A stretch of DNA of 64,000 nt from Camelus dromedarius (GCF_036321535.1 NC_087447.1:8618001-8682000), one strand, 5' to 3'. Shown: positions 28,601 to 49,059, counted from the first letter of the stretch. Notes: generated by a model not told the origin, from the sequence alone. A program made the numbers and translations.

Positions 28601-30356
28601 CAAATTAAAATACAGTGGTGGTTGGAGTGAATGATCTCATCAGTTTACTTTGAATTCTAGTATCACATTAGGCTTGTTTTTGATTTTGCTGTTTGTTTCG
28701 GTTTTTGGTATGTGCAATACAAAGCCTTACAGCAAGGTCCCTAGAAGGTGAAACTAACTATCTGGATCCAGTTTCCTGCTGCTCACCTCAGAGTTTTGAT
28801 TTTTCCCCTTGCTGCCTTCAGCTCCTGGCATCCTACCTGTCCTATCAACTACCAGCTCTTGGAATTCTGATAACACCCAGGCACGGGAGCTTGTTACACG
28901 TCTAAGAGCCAGAGTCTCCAAGTTTATGCAGAATTAACTGTGCCAGTCCATAACTGATACTCAGACAGTTGGAGGAATTAAGTTCGGTTTTGTAAAAATG
29001 AGCTCTAACTGATTCATCTAAGAATCAGGAGACCCTCACTGAACTGAATTCCAGTGGGACTCAGCCTCTGAACTTAGTGTCTAGACTGGCGAATGTGCTG
29101 GCCCATCATACGCATGTGGTAAATGAGACCCTGTACTCTTGTTTTCTGTTCTCCTTGTAAAGATGAGTACGTGCCTTTAGGCCTGGGTCAGTTTCTCTTT
29201 GAGTCTCTCTTTTTTACCTTTAATGGGGGTACTGGGGACTGAACCCAGGACCTCATGCATGCTAAGCATGTGCTCTACCACAGAGTTATACCCTCCTCCC
29301 TCATTAAGTCTCTTTTAAAAGTGTATTTGTTAGCATCTTATTTAACCAACACCAAAGTTTCTCAGTTACTTTTAGCCTCTGACTGCCTGTTTCTGTCCTG
29401 ATAAGAAACCTTAACTCAGTTCACTTTTAATTTATTATGGATCACTTGAGAACTTGTAAATCTACAGTTTGCAGATAGCCGTCTGTCTAAGGCTGCTACA
29501 GTTTGGGGAAGACCTATAGAGTGAACCCAGCATGTGTTTGTATTCTTCCTGCAGTGGACTTTTCATAATGAGATCTTACCCATCCATGTACTTGGAGGCC
29601 CACAAGCTTCTCTCTCACTCTTACAGCCAACTTCTCTCTGCCTGAAAAATGCGACTATATGGATGAGGTGACATACGGGGAGCTGGAGAAGGAGGAAGCT
29701 CAGCCCATTGTCACTAAGTACAAGGAGGAGGCAAGGAAGCTGCTGCCCCCCTCGGAGAAGCGGACAAACCGCCGAAACAATCGAAACAAGCGCAACCGGC
29801 AGAACCGAAGCCGAGGCCAAGGCTATGGTGAGTCCTGGAGCGCTGCCAGCCCCAGCCTCAGTCTGTTCTTTGTGCTGAGTGCCCAGCCCCACAAGCACAG
29901 GCCAGGCCGACCATGTCCAGTCACTGGCAGTAAGGAAGTCCCTGCTTTACAGAGCTCATGTCTTCCTGTGTACTCTACCGCCTGCTTCTGGTGCTTTTCC
30001 CATCACCCTTCAACCGAAGGTAGTTATTTTTCAACAGAAGTCTTTGTTTCCTTGAAAAGCAATGCTTGAGTCTTCTCATTTGCCTAGTTTTCACTTTTAC
30101 ATACGGATTCCCCCTTCACTATTGTAGTTTATTTGAAGGACTTCTGCAGTGCAGTCAGGGCCTCATCTTAAGTTTTCTTGTCTTGTTTTGTCTATTGGAT
30201 CATCCCAACTGTATTGACCAGAAAGCGAATGCATTATTCAGTAATTTTTTAGATTACAAAGTAACTTAGGCTATTAATGGAATTATTTTCCATCCTGAAT
30301 GTCTAGTTTGCCAGTTAACACCCCCAACCCCAGTGTGCATTCACTGCCCATTAAAA

Positions 30357-30400
<44 letters not shown>

Positions 30401-31331
30401 ATAAGTCTAAGTCTACAAAATTTTGAGTGCCTGCTATGTGTTAGGCACTGGGAATACCAGCAGTTCCTCCCCTGGAAGAGCTCATCACTTAGACTGGGCT
30501 CATTTGTCTAAGACGGTGGGTCTGGGTTATATGCTGTCCAAGATCCCTTCCAGGGCTGAAGGTCTGTGACTTTACGAATGGCAGTTTTTACTCCTGTTTC
30601 TGACTCTGCCATGTATCCTTTAGCCATGTTAAATGTTTTGCAGGAATTGGGGAGCTTCAGAAGCAAGGTGGCTTGGTTTTCTTGTGTCTCTATTCCTCTG
30701 CCCTCCCCTCTCAGACTTTTTAAAAGATCCTGGCTGGTGCTTTAATTAACATTGTGTAAGCCTGACAGAAGCAGGCCTCCTATTCCCTCAGAATTGCCTT
30801 TGGCTCCGACTTTTTGATTTCCACTCAGATGTGGNNNNNNNNNNNNNNNNNNNNNNNNNNNNNNNNNNNNNNNNNNNNNNNNNNNNNNNNNNNNNNNNNN
30901 NNNNNNNNNNNNNNNNNNNNNNNNNNNNNNNNNNNNNNNNNNNNNNNNNNNNNNNNNNNNNNNNNNNNNNNNNNNNNNNNNNNNNNNNNNNNNNNNNNGA
31001 TAGCCATTCCTATTGGCTTGGGGGAGCAGAGTGGTTTGGGCTGTTTTCTCAGGGCTTAGGGTTTTGCCCATTTCATTTATTCCTCTGAAGAATTTATCAT
31101 GGGAAGATTAAGCCTGTTTATGATATGAAGCTAAGATGTGTCTCGTTTAAGATGGGGGATAGCAGTGGATTCTGATGCTGAAAACCCCATAAATCCTCAC
31201 CCCTTCTCTTTCTCCTTTCTCAGGGTTACCGTAATTTCTACGATCGATACAGGGGAGACTATGATCGATATTATGGGCGAGATTATGACTACAACAGATA
31301 CAGAGACTATTACAGACAGTACAATCGGGAT
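22632..31331 (+). CDS. HNRNPUL2: heterogeneous nuclear ribonucleoprotein U-like 2; start codon, most of exon 2, exon 12 and the last coding exon lie in N-runs
   Basis: Visible exons: ..22883, 24791.., 25224-25300, 25491-25630, 25937-26027, 26114-26226, 26453-26716, 26883-27005, 27379-27507, 28038-28206, 29627-29827, 31224-31331. They encode the SPRY domain ([20 protein letters not shown]...), a P-loop ([13 protein letters not shown]) and the Tyr/Arg-rich tail ([21 protein letters not shown]). Confidence 0.96.
29205..29300 (-). mobile_element. Vic-1-type SINE in HNRNPUL2 intron 10
   Basis: 'gggtactggggactgaacccaggacctcatgcatgctaagcatgtgctctaccacagagttataccctcc'. Confidence 0.85.
30358..30396 (+). 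repeat. (TG)~19 microsatellite
   Basis: Perfect dinucleotide run in HNRNPUL2 intron 11. Confidence 0.95.
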
Positions 31332-34148
31332 GTAAGTATCACCTGGGGATAGCGAGGCAAGGGGGGCAGGACCGGAGGAGTGCGGGTCATGCCTCTCCTC
31401 GACCAGCTGTGGCTCCGAGTGACGGGGTTTCCCCTCTCTTCTANNNNNNNNNNNNNNNNNNNNNNNNNNNNNNNNNNNNNNNNNNNNNNNNNNNNNNNNN
31501 NNNNNNNNNNNNNNNNNNNNNNNNNNNNNNNNNNNNNNNNNNNNNNNNNNNNNNNNNNNNNNNNNNNNNNNNNNNNNNNNNNNCCCCCCAAAACACAACC
31601 AAGGAAAACAGGGGCTGTCGGGGTGGGGCTGAGCTGCCGGGGAGGGGCGGTGGGGGGAGGGTGCGCAAGCAGGGGTGGGGGAGGGGGGAGGCGNNNNNNN
31701 NNNNNNNNNNNNNNNNNNNNNNNNNNNNNNNNNNNNNNNNNNNNNNNNNNNNNNNNNNNNNNNNNNNNNNNNNNNNNNNNNNNNNNNNNNNNNNNNNNNN
31801 NNNNNNNNNNNNNNNNNNNNNNNNNNNNNNNNNNNNNNNNNAGTCAGCCAGGAAAAGAACTGAAAATGTCACCCTTCTGACTTTGTAAGGCAGCTGGACT
31901 GGCAGCCGAGTGAGGGAGAGTGATGGTGAGGTGGTCGGAGAGGGCGGGGAAGGAAGCTGTGAGGGCACTCTCCATAGCAGGCAGGAGTGGGGATGGAGGG
32001 AGAGCTTGTGACTGGGGCAGTGACAATAAACGATTGGCTCTTATCAATCACTTGCACCAACTAACCGTTTGTATTTTCTTTACTGACCTTTCCCTCTTGG
32101 GATAAGTGGTCTGGTGGGCTGGGAGGCCATAGTGTCCCTGTCTCCACGTTCCGTGCCTTTGTGCTGTTTGGCTGAGGCATGGATACTGCCACCTGGGTGG
32201 TTCTGTTATATAGAATCCCAGGCCAGGGAGGCACAGGGACTGTCCCTGATTGCAGAGCAGAACAGCTTGCAGCCAGTTAATGGATTTCCATAAAATCTTG
32301 GGGAAGAGTTGGGATTGCAGCCCTCAGCCTGAAGATTGTGATTTGCCAGTCTCTACTCTGTCTTCCAAGATTGAGACAGGTGGTAAGTCTCTGAAATCAT
32401 CTCTGTTAGAGAATCTGTCCTCTTATAGTTCGAGAGAAGGAACGTTTCTCAGGGTTTCAGCTCACACAGAAACGAAGCAGGATTCTTTTCACTGCAGCAG
32501 GATGTGTATATAGGTGAATCCTGTGGTGTGGGCAACCAGGCCCGGGTGCTGAGAATAGCAGCTATTTTATACAGTGCGGAGGGCCAGGGCCCTGCTGGCT
32601 TTTTTGATACACAGGTAGAGAGTGAGTAGAAAAGGGGAGGGTGGGGGGTGGGAGGCAGCTCAGAGGGGCTGCTGAAACTTGGGGGAAGAGCGTGAGTGTG
32701 AGTGTGTGTAGCGTGTGCATGAAAGGAAGCACCCCTTCCCAACTTCCCAAAACAGGATTCCTCCTGGGGTGCTTTCCCTGCGTGTCCCCAGAGAGGCCTC
32801 TAGCCAGGAGACTTCAGTTGGGCTAGTTTTTGTTTGTTAACTTTACCATAAAAACCCTCCCAGTTCTTGATAAGACAACTTCAGGTTGCTGGTTCAAGAA
32901 CATGGGTGGGATAGGAGAATGTTCTTTCAATACTGAGCTTCAGTTTTAATTCACCTTCCTGCTCAGCATTGTTCAGCCAAGAGCTTACTCAGCGAACACC
33001 ACACACTAGCGAGAACCCTGGGTTGTGCTACTAGAAAATGCTTCACTGTCGTTTCCTCACCTGGGCAGTTCTCTGTTTAAAATTTTGCGCTGAGATTCGA
33101 TCTTTCTCTCCTTCTCCCACTGTTACTCCACGCCCATGAGGGTGCCCAGGCCCTCATCCTGGCCCTCCAGTTGCCCCTGTCAGTGACACACCCTTCTGCT
33201 CCACAAGTACCTCTGACCTGGAGGCTGGAATGGGTGGCTAGTAGGCGATAATGTTTGCTTGCCCCTAACGATGTGTCCTTTCTCTTGGCACCTGCTTTTT
33301 GTGTGGTGCTGTCAAATGGATTTGTGTGTGGCAGTGGGTGAAGTGATTGCATGAACTTTTCTGTAACCCACTAACTTTTCATTATTATTAAGGGAGTTTT
33401 TGAGAAAGCTTTGCTCATAGTGGCAGGGCAAGGAGATAAAAACTGGAGCCCAAAGAAATTCCCTTAGGACAAGATTATGTTGTAACAGAAAATTGAATTT
33501 GAGGCAGAAGCTGCCACCCCTTTTCAAATGTTTAGTCCTCAGCATACAGCATCTTTTTATAGTTATGACGTGGTTTAGGGATGCTAGGCCCTCAGGGCCA
33601 GGGAGACGAAGTTTAAGCCGCTTTGGGGTTTGGAGGGAGGAGGGTTAGGGGAGGTACTTGCTGTTAATTTTTGACACTAGAAAGTCATCTTTAAAAAAAA
33701 AAAAAAAACTTTTTCTAGGTGGGTGGAGAGTGAAACTGCCACATCCTTGTCAGTTTAGTCCAAGAGATCACTCAAAACAACAGTAGATGTCTGGGTTTTG
33801 TTTTTGTCTTTTTATTGTGAAAAAAAATGTTAAGGGGGAAAATGTGGATTAACAGGAGGGATCTCTAGCCTTGTTTTCCTTAGAAGGCTTGTTTAGTGTT
33901 TAATCGGACGTCTGTCGTAGTTACTGTAGATGGAAAAGCTTGTGAGAAAAACAAACACCACATGGAGCCTGTAAATGTTTTTGCACAACCTGTAAAGCAT
34001 TCTTGGAAGTGGCCAGTAAAAAAGGGTTTTATCATTAAAAAAAAAAAATGTAACTGTGTCATTGTTTACACCTGTAACTTTTTCCTCCCCTGTTGTCACT
34101 ACAACATTCTGGCAAAAATGTAGGCACGACGGTAGCTTCCAGTTTTAG

Positions 34149-34154
34149 AATAAA
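34149..34154 (+). promoter_or_regulatory. probable HNRNPUL2 poly(A) signal, implying a ~2.6 kb 3'UTR
   Basis: AATAAA at the end of an AU-rich stretch. Other hexamers exist upstream (e.g. ~32025), so the choice is inferred. Confidence 0.5.
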
Positions 34155-34940
34155 TAACCGTTTGGATTGAATTCACCCTATGTCCTGTGGCTGCACTGAC
34201 TGGGTGGAGTGTGTCATTGGGGATTGATTGATTTCTGATGCTGCTTCCTCAAGGGTCCTGGGTTCCAACCAAGAATGGCTTTCCTCTTTCATGGCTGATT
34301 CCCCTCCTCTTCTGCCATACCTTCCCTCAGGGATTGCCGGCTTAATGCTTTTACTAAGACTCACTGGAGTAGAAGAAAAATTATAACTCATGACCTCTGT
34401 GTATTTGGCCTATACTCACACCATTTGGATGCTTGAAGTTAAATGTAGGGTTCCATTTAGAAGCCAAGTAAGTTTATTAATGAATAATCACTTAAGAGGA
34501 AAAGGGTACTTATTCAACAGAAGATACTTGATGGGGATTCTTTCCTAGTGAGTTTGTAGAATGAGAAGGTAACTATAATTAAAAGCACTATTGCATTTCT
34601 AGCACTGAACTGATCTTGATTGTAACTTCTAATAAATGGTGAGGGATTTATTAAGGCTGGGATGCCACAGGCCCAAGACGTCAGTGTTTTGAAGTAGTAG
34701 TGATGCAGAACTAGATACTGCTCTAACTCTTCCCTCTATGTGACACAGGTTCCCACCCCAGGGGCTTACAGCTTTGGACCCAAAGGCTGTCCTTGATTTC
34801 AGTGTCTGCCCATCTGCTAGGATATTTAAAGTTACTCAATGTTGCAGCTAATCATTTTAAATGGTTACTTAAAGCTCACACCTTGTCTCTAGTAACCGTT
34901 AAGTCCCCTTTCCCCCCAATCTGATGAGTATGAAAATTAA

Positions 34941-35035
34941 GTGCTCCCTTCAGCAGCACATATGCTAAATTTGGGACAATACGGGGAAACATGGTCCCTG
35001 CACAAGGATGACATGCAGAAGGGTGAAGTGTTCCC
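34941..35035 (+). pseudogene. U6 snRNA retropseudogene
   Basis: gtgctcccttcagcagcacatatgctaaatttgggacaatacggggaa--acatggtccctgcacaaggatgacatgcagaagggtgaagtgttcc aligns end to end with U6 (GTGCTCGCTTCGGCAGCACATATACT...), with CpG decay, a short internal deletion and an A-rich 3' flank. Confidence 0.88.
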
Positions 35036-36199
35036 TTAAGAACATAATAAAGAATTGAGTGTGTAGAAAAATTGAGCAAAAGCTCCCCTGCTCCCTTAAA
35101 CCTAATACCAAGATTACATTTTGTTGAGCACTTATAGCTGTTTACCAAGTCTGAGCTGACTTGGAAATTTTCACTTACTCCTCTGGAATTTGCCCAACGC
35201 TGTGATACCGTAGAAGAGGTTATTTTAGTGCCTTCTATGCCCTGCTTGCCATTTAAGTACAAATAGTACAACACATTCGTTAGATATTTGAATGCCTGCT
35301 ATATGCCAGAGACTGTGAGGATGCGGGGGTTAAAACAGACTTGATCTTCCCAGGAGTTTTCATGGGCACCAAGAAGGAACTAAGCATGCTCCTGAACAGA
35401 ACGGGGGTAGCTCCCCACTTCAGGAGGTTACTTTCACTGTTTTCAGGAGCTTCACCAGGTTACTTTTACTGTTTCTTCCTCTGGAGTGAGAGAAATATCT
35501 CCAGGACCTTTTAGGGCTCAGGAATTCATCAACAGTTGAAAAGCTTCTATTCCTGAAAGTGCCCCAAGTTCATTGGGTACCCCTGGAACCTGTAGAAACA
35601 TCACAGGAAACTAAGTTCAGTTCCTGGTAGAACACCCTTTATTCCCTTGGTTTTGTCTCTATTCTCCTTCCCTTGCAGTCTTCCCATGGGAAGATGTGGG
35701 GAAGCTCGAAATGATGTGCTACCTCTAATACAGGTCACCCTTTCCTACTACGAGGCAGCCCTTCTCCCCTCCAAGTGTATCCCGGCATAAAGCACGAGCG
35801 GACATAGAGAATTCCCCCGGAAGGATGTACCCCTGAATTGGGGGCGGGTGGGGGGTGGGAGTGGGAGGAATGTTGACAATCCATAAGAAGCAGACGTCCT
35901 GAGACTTACCTGCTCTGCCTCAGCCTGGTCCCACCTCCGTATGTATATTTCCTTCCCTTGGAAGGAAAAAGGCTTCCAAAAGGGAGTCCGGGAGGCGCTC
36001 GTGAGACATGAAACCTCTGGCCAGGCAGCTTGCTGGACCACTGCGATGGTGATAGGCACACCGGGGGCGGGGACGTTGCTCCTGGCGGATGTGACAGAAT
36101 GGGCCTGAATGGGAAGTGCGAGACCGGCCAGCCCCAGGTTTTCCAGGAAGCCCAAATTGAACAATTTCGGGCTTATCCAACTCCTAGGGAGGGCAGGGC

Positions 36200-36700
36200 G
36201 CGACCAAGGAACAGCGCCCCGAGACGAACGGCGCAGGGCATTGTCTTCACACTTCTGTTTCCGCTCCAGAGGGGGCCTCTACTAGGCAAACTGTAGAAAC
36301 CTAGATTCCCTCTTAAGATCCACGCGACCGGTGCCTGCTACCCGCGTGCTTGCTGGGGCCCCATTGCCCCATAATCCTTGGCTATAGTCGCCCGTGTGTT
36401 TTCACCCCGGTCGGGTGGACGTCGGCTTCCAGCCTTCGGGGTGGGTAAGAGTGGGTATTGAGTTGGCCAGGGGCAGCCATTTTGAGACAGATGAGCACGG
36501 AAGGGACCATATTGAGAACTCTGGATGCCTGGGGCCGCCATTTTAAGTGTGGGCCCGGCTGAGAAGCCCTGTACGGTGAAACGCGGTGACGTGCGGCCAC
36601 CATACTGGCGCGGGTCCCATGGCGGCGGCCATCTTGGAAGGAGAACTGCTGTGGGCGCGGCCATCTTAGCAATAAAACCGGCCCCTTCTCAGGAACTGGA
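36200..36700. promoter_or_regulatory. CpG-rich promoter-like element upstream of GNG3's 3' end, likely the distal BSCL2 promoter, with a YY1-motif cluster
   Basis: CpG-rich; strong + strand donor tgg|gtaaga at 36444/36445; repeated (C/G)GCCAT(T/C)TT-type motifs at 36474-36667. Confidence 0.55.
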
Positions 36701-37453
36701 ACCAAGCTCCTCCCTTTTCCCTGGTTTCCTTCAGTCTGCGACTGTCTTCCCGAGTCTCTCTCTAAATCCACCCAGTTCGATCTGTTTTCATTTTCACTTG
36801 TCTTCATTGCTCTCCTAGTGTGTGTGCGTGTGAAGGCGTGAATGCTCTCCGTGGCCTCTAAGTGTCTGTTGTAACTTAATTCTTCCACTTGAGACGCTCT
36901 CTCGTGCCCGCCATCCCCTGCAACCCCGCGGATCTCCGATCCTAGACAGTGCCTAACCCGCTTTGACTGGCCCTGCTCTCTGGTTATGGCAAGCCTTTCT
37001 ACCTGCCGCACCCACCACCACATCTATTGACTGATGATCCTCTCCCCCAAGAACGCTAACACAGGAGCTGTCCTCTGAGACTGTACGACTTTATTCTTCA
37101 AATGGCTTTGCCCTTCCAATAGCTCCAGGTGAGACTGAGAGCCATCCCTCTCTCCATTGTCTGACCGGGTCACAGAGGGAAGCGGGCAGGATGCTGGCAG
37201 TTTGACAGCCCTTCTGGGGATGGAACTAAGGGTGCCCCGAGTTAGGGGGTGTTCTGGGTCTGGTTAGTGGGTGAGGAAATGGGGACGGCAGATAGGTGAG
37301 GGAGGGCTTTGTGCTTCAGATAACCTCACAGGGTTGGGCCAGGGCTAAGGATGGGATTCAGGGACCCTCAGGAGCTCATTATAGCTACTGACCTAAGTAA
37401 GGAAGGGCTGGGGTGAGGGAAAGATGAAGAGTTATGAGGAGGGACAGGACAGC

Positions 37454-37958
37454 TCAGAGGAGGGCACAGAAGAATTTCTTCTCCCGGAAGGGGTTCTCCG
37501 AAGTGGGCACAGGGGTGATGAGGGGGTCCTCACAGGCGTGGGCATCACAATAAGTCATCAGGTCTGCTGCTGCCTTGGACACCTGGGGCACAGTCAGGAG
37601 GGGAATTGTCAGGCAGAAACCCTGAAAATGGACTGCAGCCTCCCTCCCCAAATAGGTTATCTTTTGTCATCTCTCGGGCTCCTTAGGACAGTCTTATCTT
37701 CCCTCATCACCCACAGAGGCCTGGGGCCAGCTCTCCTTATAGATCCCAAGACTCCTCCCCTGATCTCAGGGAGTCAAGGAAAGAAAGTATCTCTTATCCC
37801 GAGGTCTGGGAACCTACAATACACCTGGGCCAACTGATGTGATCCAGGATCCCACCCACCTTAATCCGGCACAAGCTGGCCTCAATCTTAAGCTGTTCCA
37901 CCATCTTGCGGGCTTGCCCAATACTCATAGTGCTGTTCACAGGGGTCTCCCCTTTCAT
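37454..37958 (-). CDS. GNG3: G protein subunit gamma 3 (75 aa)
   Basis: Exons 37958-37860 and 37582-37454 give [75 protein letters not shown] with a CAAX end. Non-coding exon donor at 38348; AATAAA on - at 37090-37095. Confidence 0.98.
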
Positions 37959-39083
37959 CCTGAAGAAAAGAGAGACAGCTCAGAACATTATGGGGTCTGG
38001 GCACAGTCTCAGCTGAAGGCCCCTTTTCGTGCTTACTCCTTACCAACCTTCACAAGGCTGGGTCATGTGCCCCAATATTTTACCCCCCTCTTATGATCTT
38101 TTCCATCCCTGTCTTCCTCAGCTACGGAAATGGAAAGATGGGATGAGATGCTCCCCAAATTCCTACATGGCCTGAGCCACAGATCATTAAACATCCAAAT
38201 GATTTAAGGCTTTATAGCCCTTCAAGGCATGTGTGTACCCAGCTGTGAAAACCCCAGCTAGAAAGAGCCCCACCCTGCTGAGGGCACAAAACCCCCATCT
38301 GCCCCCTTGAGCCCCAAAAGGAGAAAATCAAGATGCTCCCTACTCACCTGAGCCCACAGGCAGCGGCAGCCCTCAGGAGTAGGATCAGTGGGGTGCACCA
38401 AAACCTTCTGCCTGAGATGAGTGCCCCACCTTGCAGGGAGTTGCAGTTGAAAGTATCTGACGCAGCAGCAGAAGCAGCTAATACAGAGAAGGCTACTGGG
38501 GAGGGTCAGGTAGAATCCAGGGCTGGTCCCAGTTTCTGCAGCTCAAGCACTGCCCAGATGGCTGGTACCTGAAGGATGAAGGATGCTAGAAGGAGCTGCT
38601 CAGATCCTGGAGCATACCAACTGTCTGACCAGTGGGGGAGCTGGGCTGCTGCCTACAGCCCCTGTGCACACCCCCACTGTTACTGTCTCACTACCTGTCC
38701 CTCCCGTGTTGCAGGCATCCTGAGTCTGGGCTAGAGCCCTCCCCAAAGCAGCTGGAAGGAGCTGAGACCCAGGCAGACTACCCCCTCAAATGGGGTGGTC
38801 TGGACCTGTGACAACCCCTGCATTGGAGTCCGTACTGGCTGCGGGAGACCCTGCTCATTTGAAAATCTGACATCAGCTGGGCAGTCGCCCCCCTCCTCCC
38901 CTCCTCCCGCTACTCTGACACAGCATTTAGCGTCTGAATCTTCGTTTCTCTCCCAGGGACCCTTCATTCTCCATATCCAGGAAAATATGATGGGCTACAG
39001 GTATCAGCTTCTAGATCACCACTTAACATTCTAGCCACAAGTGACAAGTGGAAAATCCAGGGGCAACGAGGTCCATCAGGAAG

Positions 39084-48146
<9,063 letters not shown>

Positions 48147-48927
48147 AAGGACCAGGGCAGAGTGGCCACATTCCAGCCCTTTCCCACCTGACCCCTTTCC
48201 CTTCCCGTGGCTTCCCCAATAAACTATTTTCGTGCCAGCTGCTTCCCTGACTCTTTGAAACGTATTCAGGGTCATCTGAAAATCTGGTGTTCCCCAGGCA
48301 TCCCTGACCCCTGATTGGAGGAGCTCGTCTTGTCAGGGGCTACCAATGGGGAAGCCTCCTGACCCTGGAATAGTTTAGGCACAGCTGTTTCCATTCATCA
48401 GCCTAAGAAATCCAAGGAGCAGAAACCTGCCCACTGCATCCATGTGACTCTCATCTCCCTCTGGGGAGGGGGATAGCTAGCATAGGGCGGGTCTGGAGAG
48501 CTGGGATACATCATTCTCCGCACCCCTCCCTTTCTCTGTCCATTGGGAGGCAGAAGACAGGAAATGACTGCCATGGATGTGGTATGATTTTTTTTTACCG
48601 AAACAGCATTTTGTAAACCAGGCCCCGTGCTGTCCACAGCTGTTTTCCTCTCTGTTACCAGCCAGGTAGCCCTGTCCTTTATGTTTCCCTCCTTATCCCC
48701 TCACATGACTTCAGCCTTTGGATTCTCAGCTCCTGGCTGCTTTCCACATTCCACTCTCCTTTCAGAACCCAGGCATCCTGGCCTCCAGCTGAAACCACTG
48801 CATGTGGCTTCCCCCACCCCAGGCCCCGTGACTCAGGCCCTGTAAATGGACCAGCCCTCTTCTTGGCATTCACGGGGTAGGGGGGCAGAGGAAGGGGGGG
48901 CCAGGTGGTGACATCACAGTTAAGGGG

Positions 48928-49059
48928 TATAAAAGCTTTCAGCAAAACAGAACTGAAATTGAAGACGCTGACAAAACCTGACTGCGGACGCAGCCTGTGC
49001 TCCTGGAGACCCCTCAGGACCCTCAGCCTGCTCCTCACTACATCAAGGGCTACCCGCTG
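48928..49059 (+). promoter_or_regulatory. LRRN4CL TATA box and non-coding exon 1
   Basis: TATAAAAG at 48928-48935; donor ctg|gtaagg at 49059/49060; acceptor ccttccag| at 49588/49589, 5 nt before the ATG. Confidence 0.7.

Noticed and set aside
36338-36664. 108-aa minus-strand ORF with repeated KMAAP
   Set aside because: The repeat is the translation of YY1 DNA motifs (AAGATGGCCGC), better explained as regulatory sequence.
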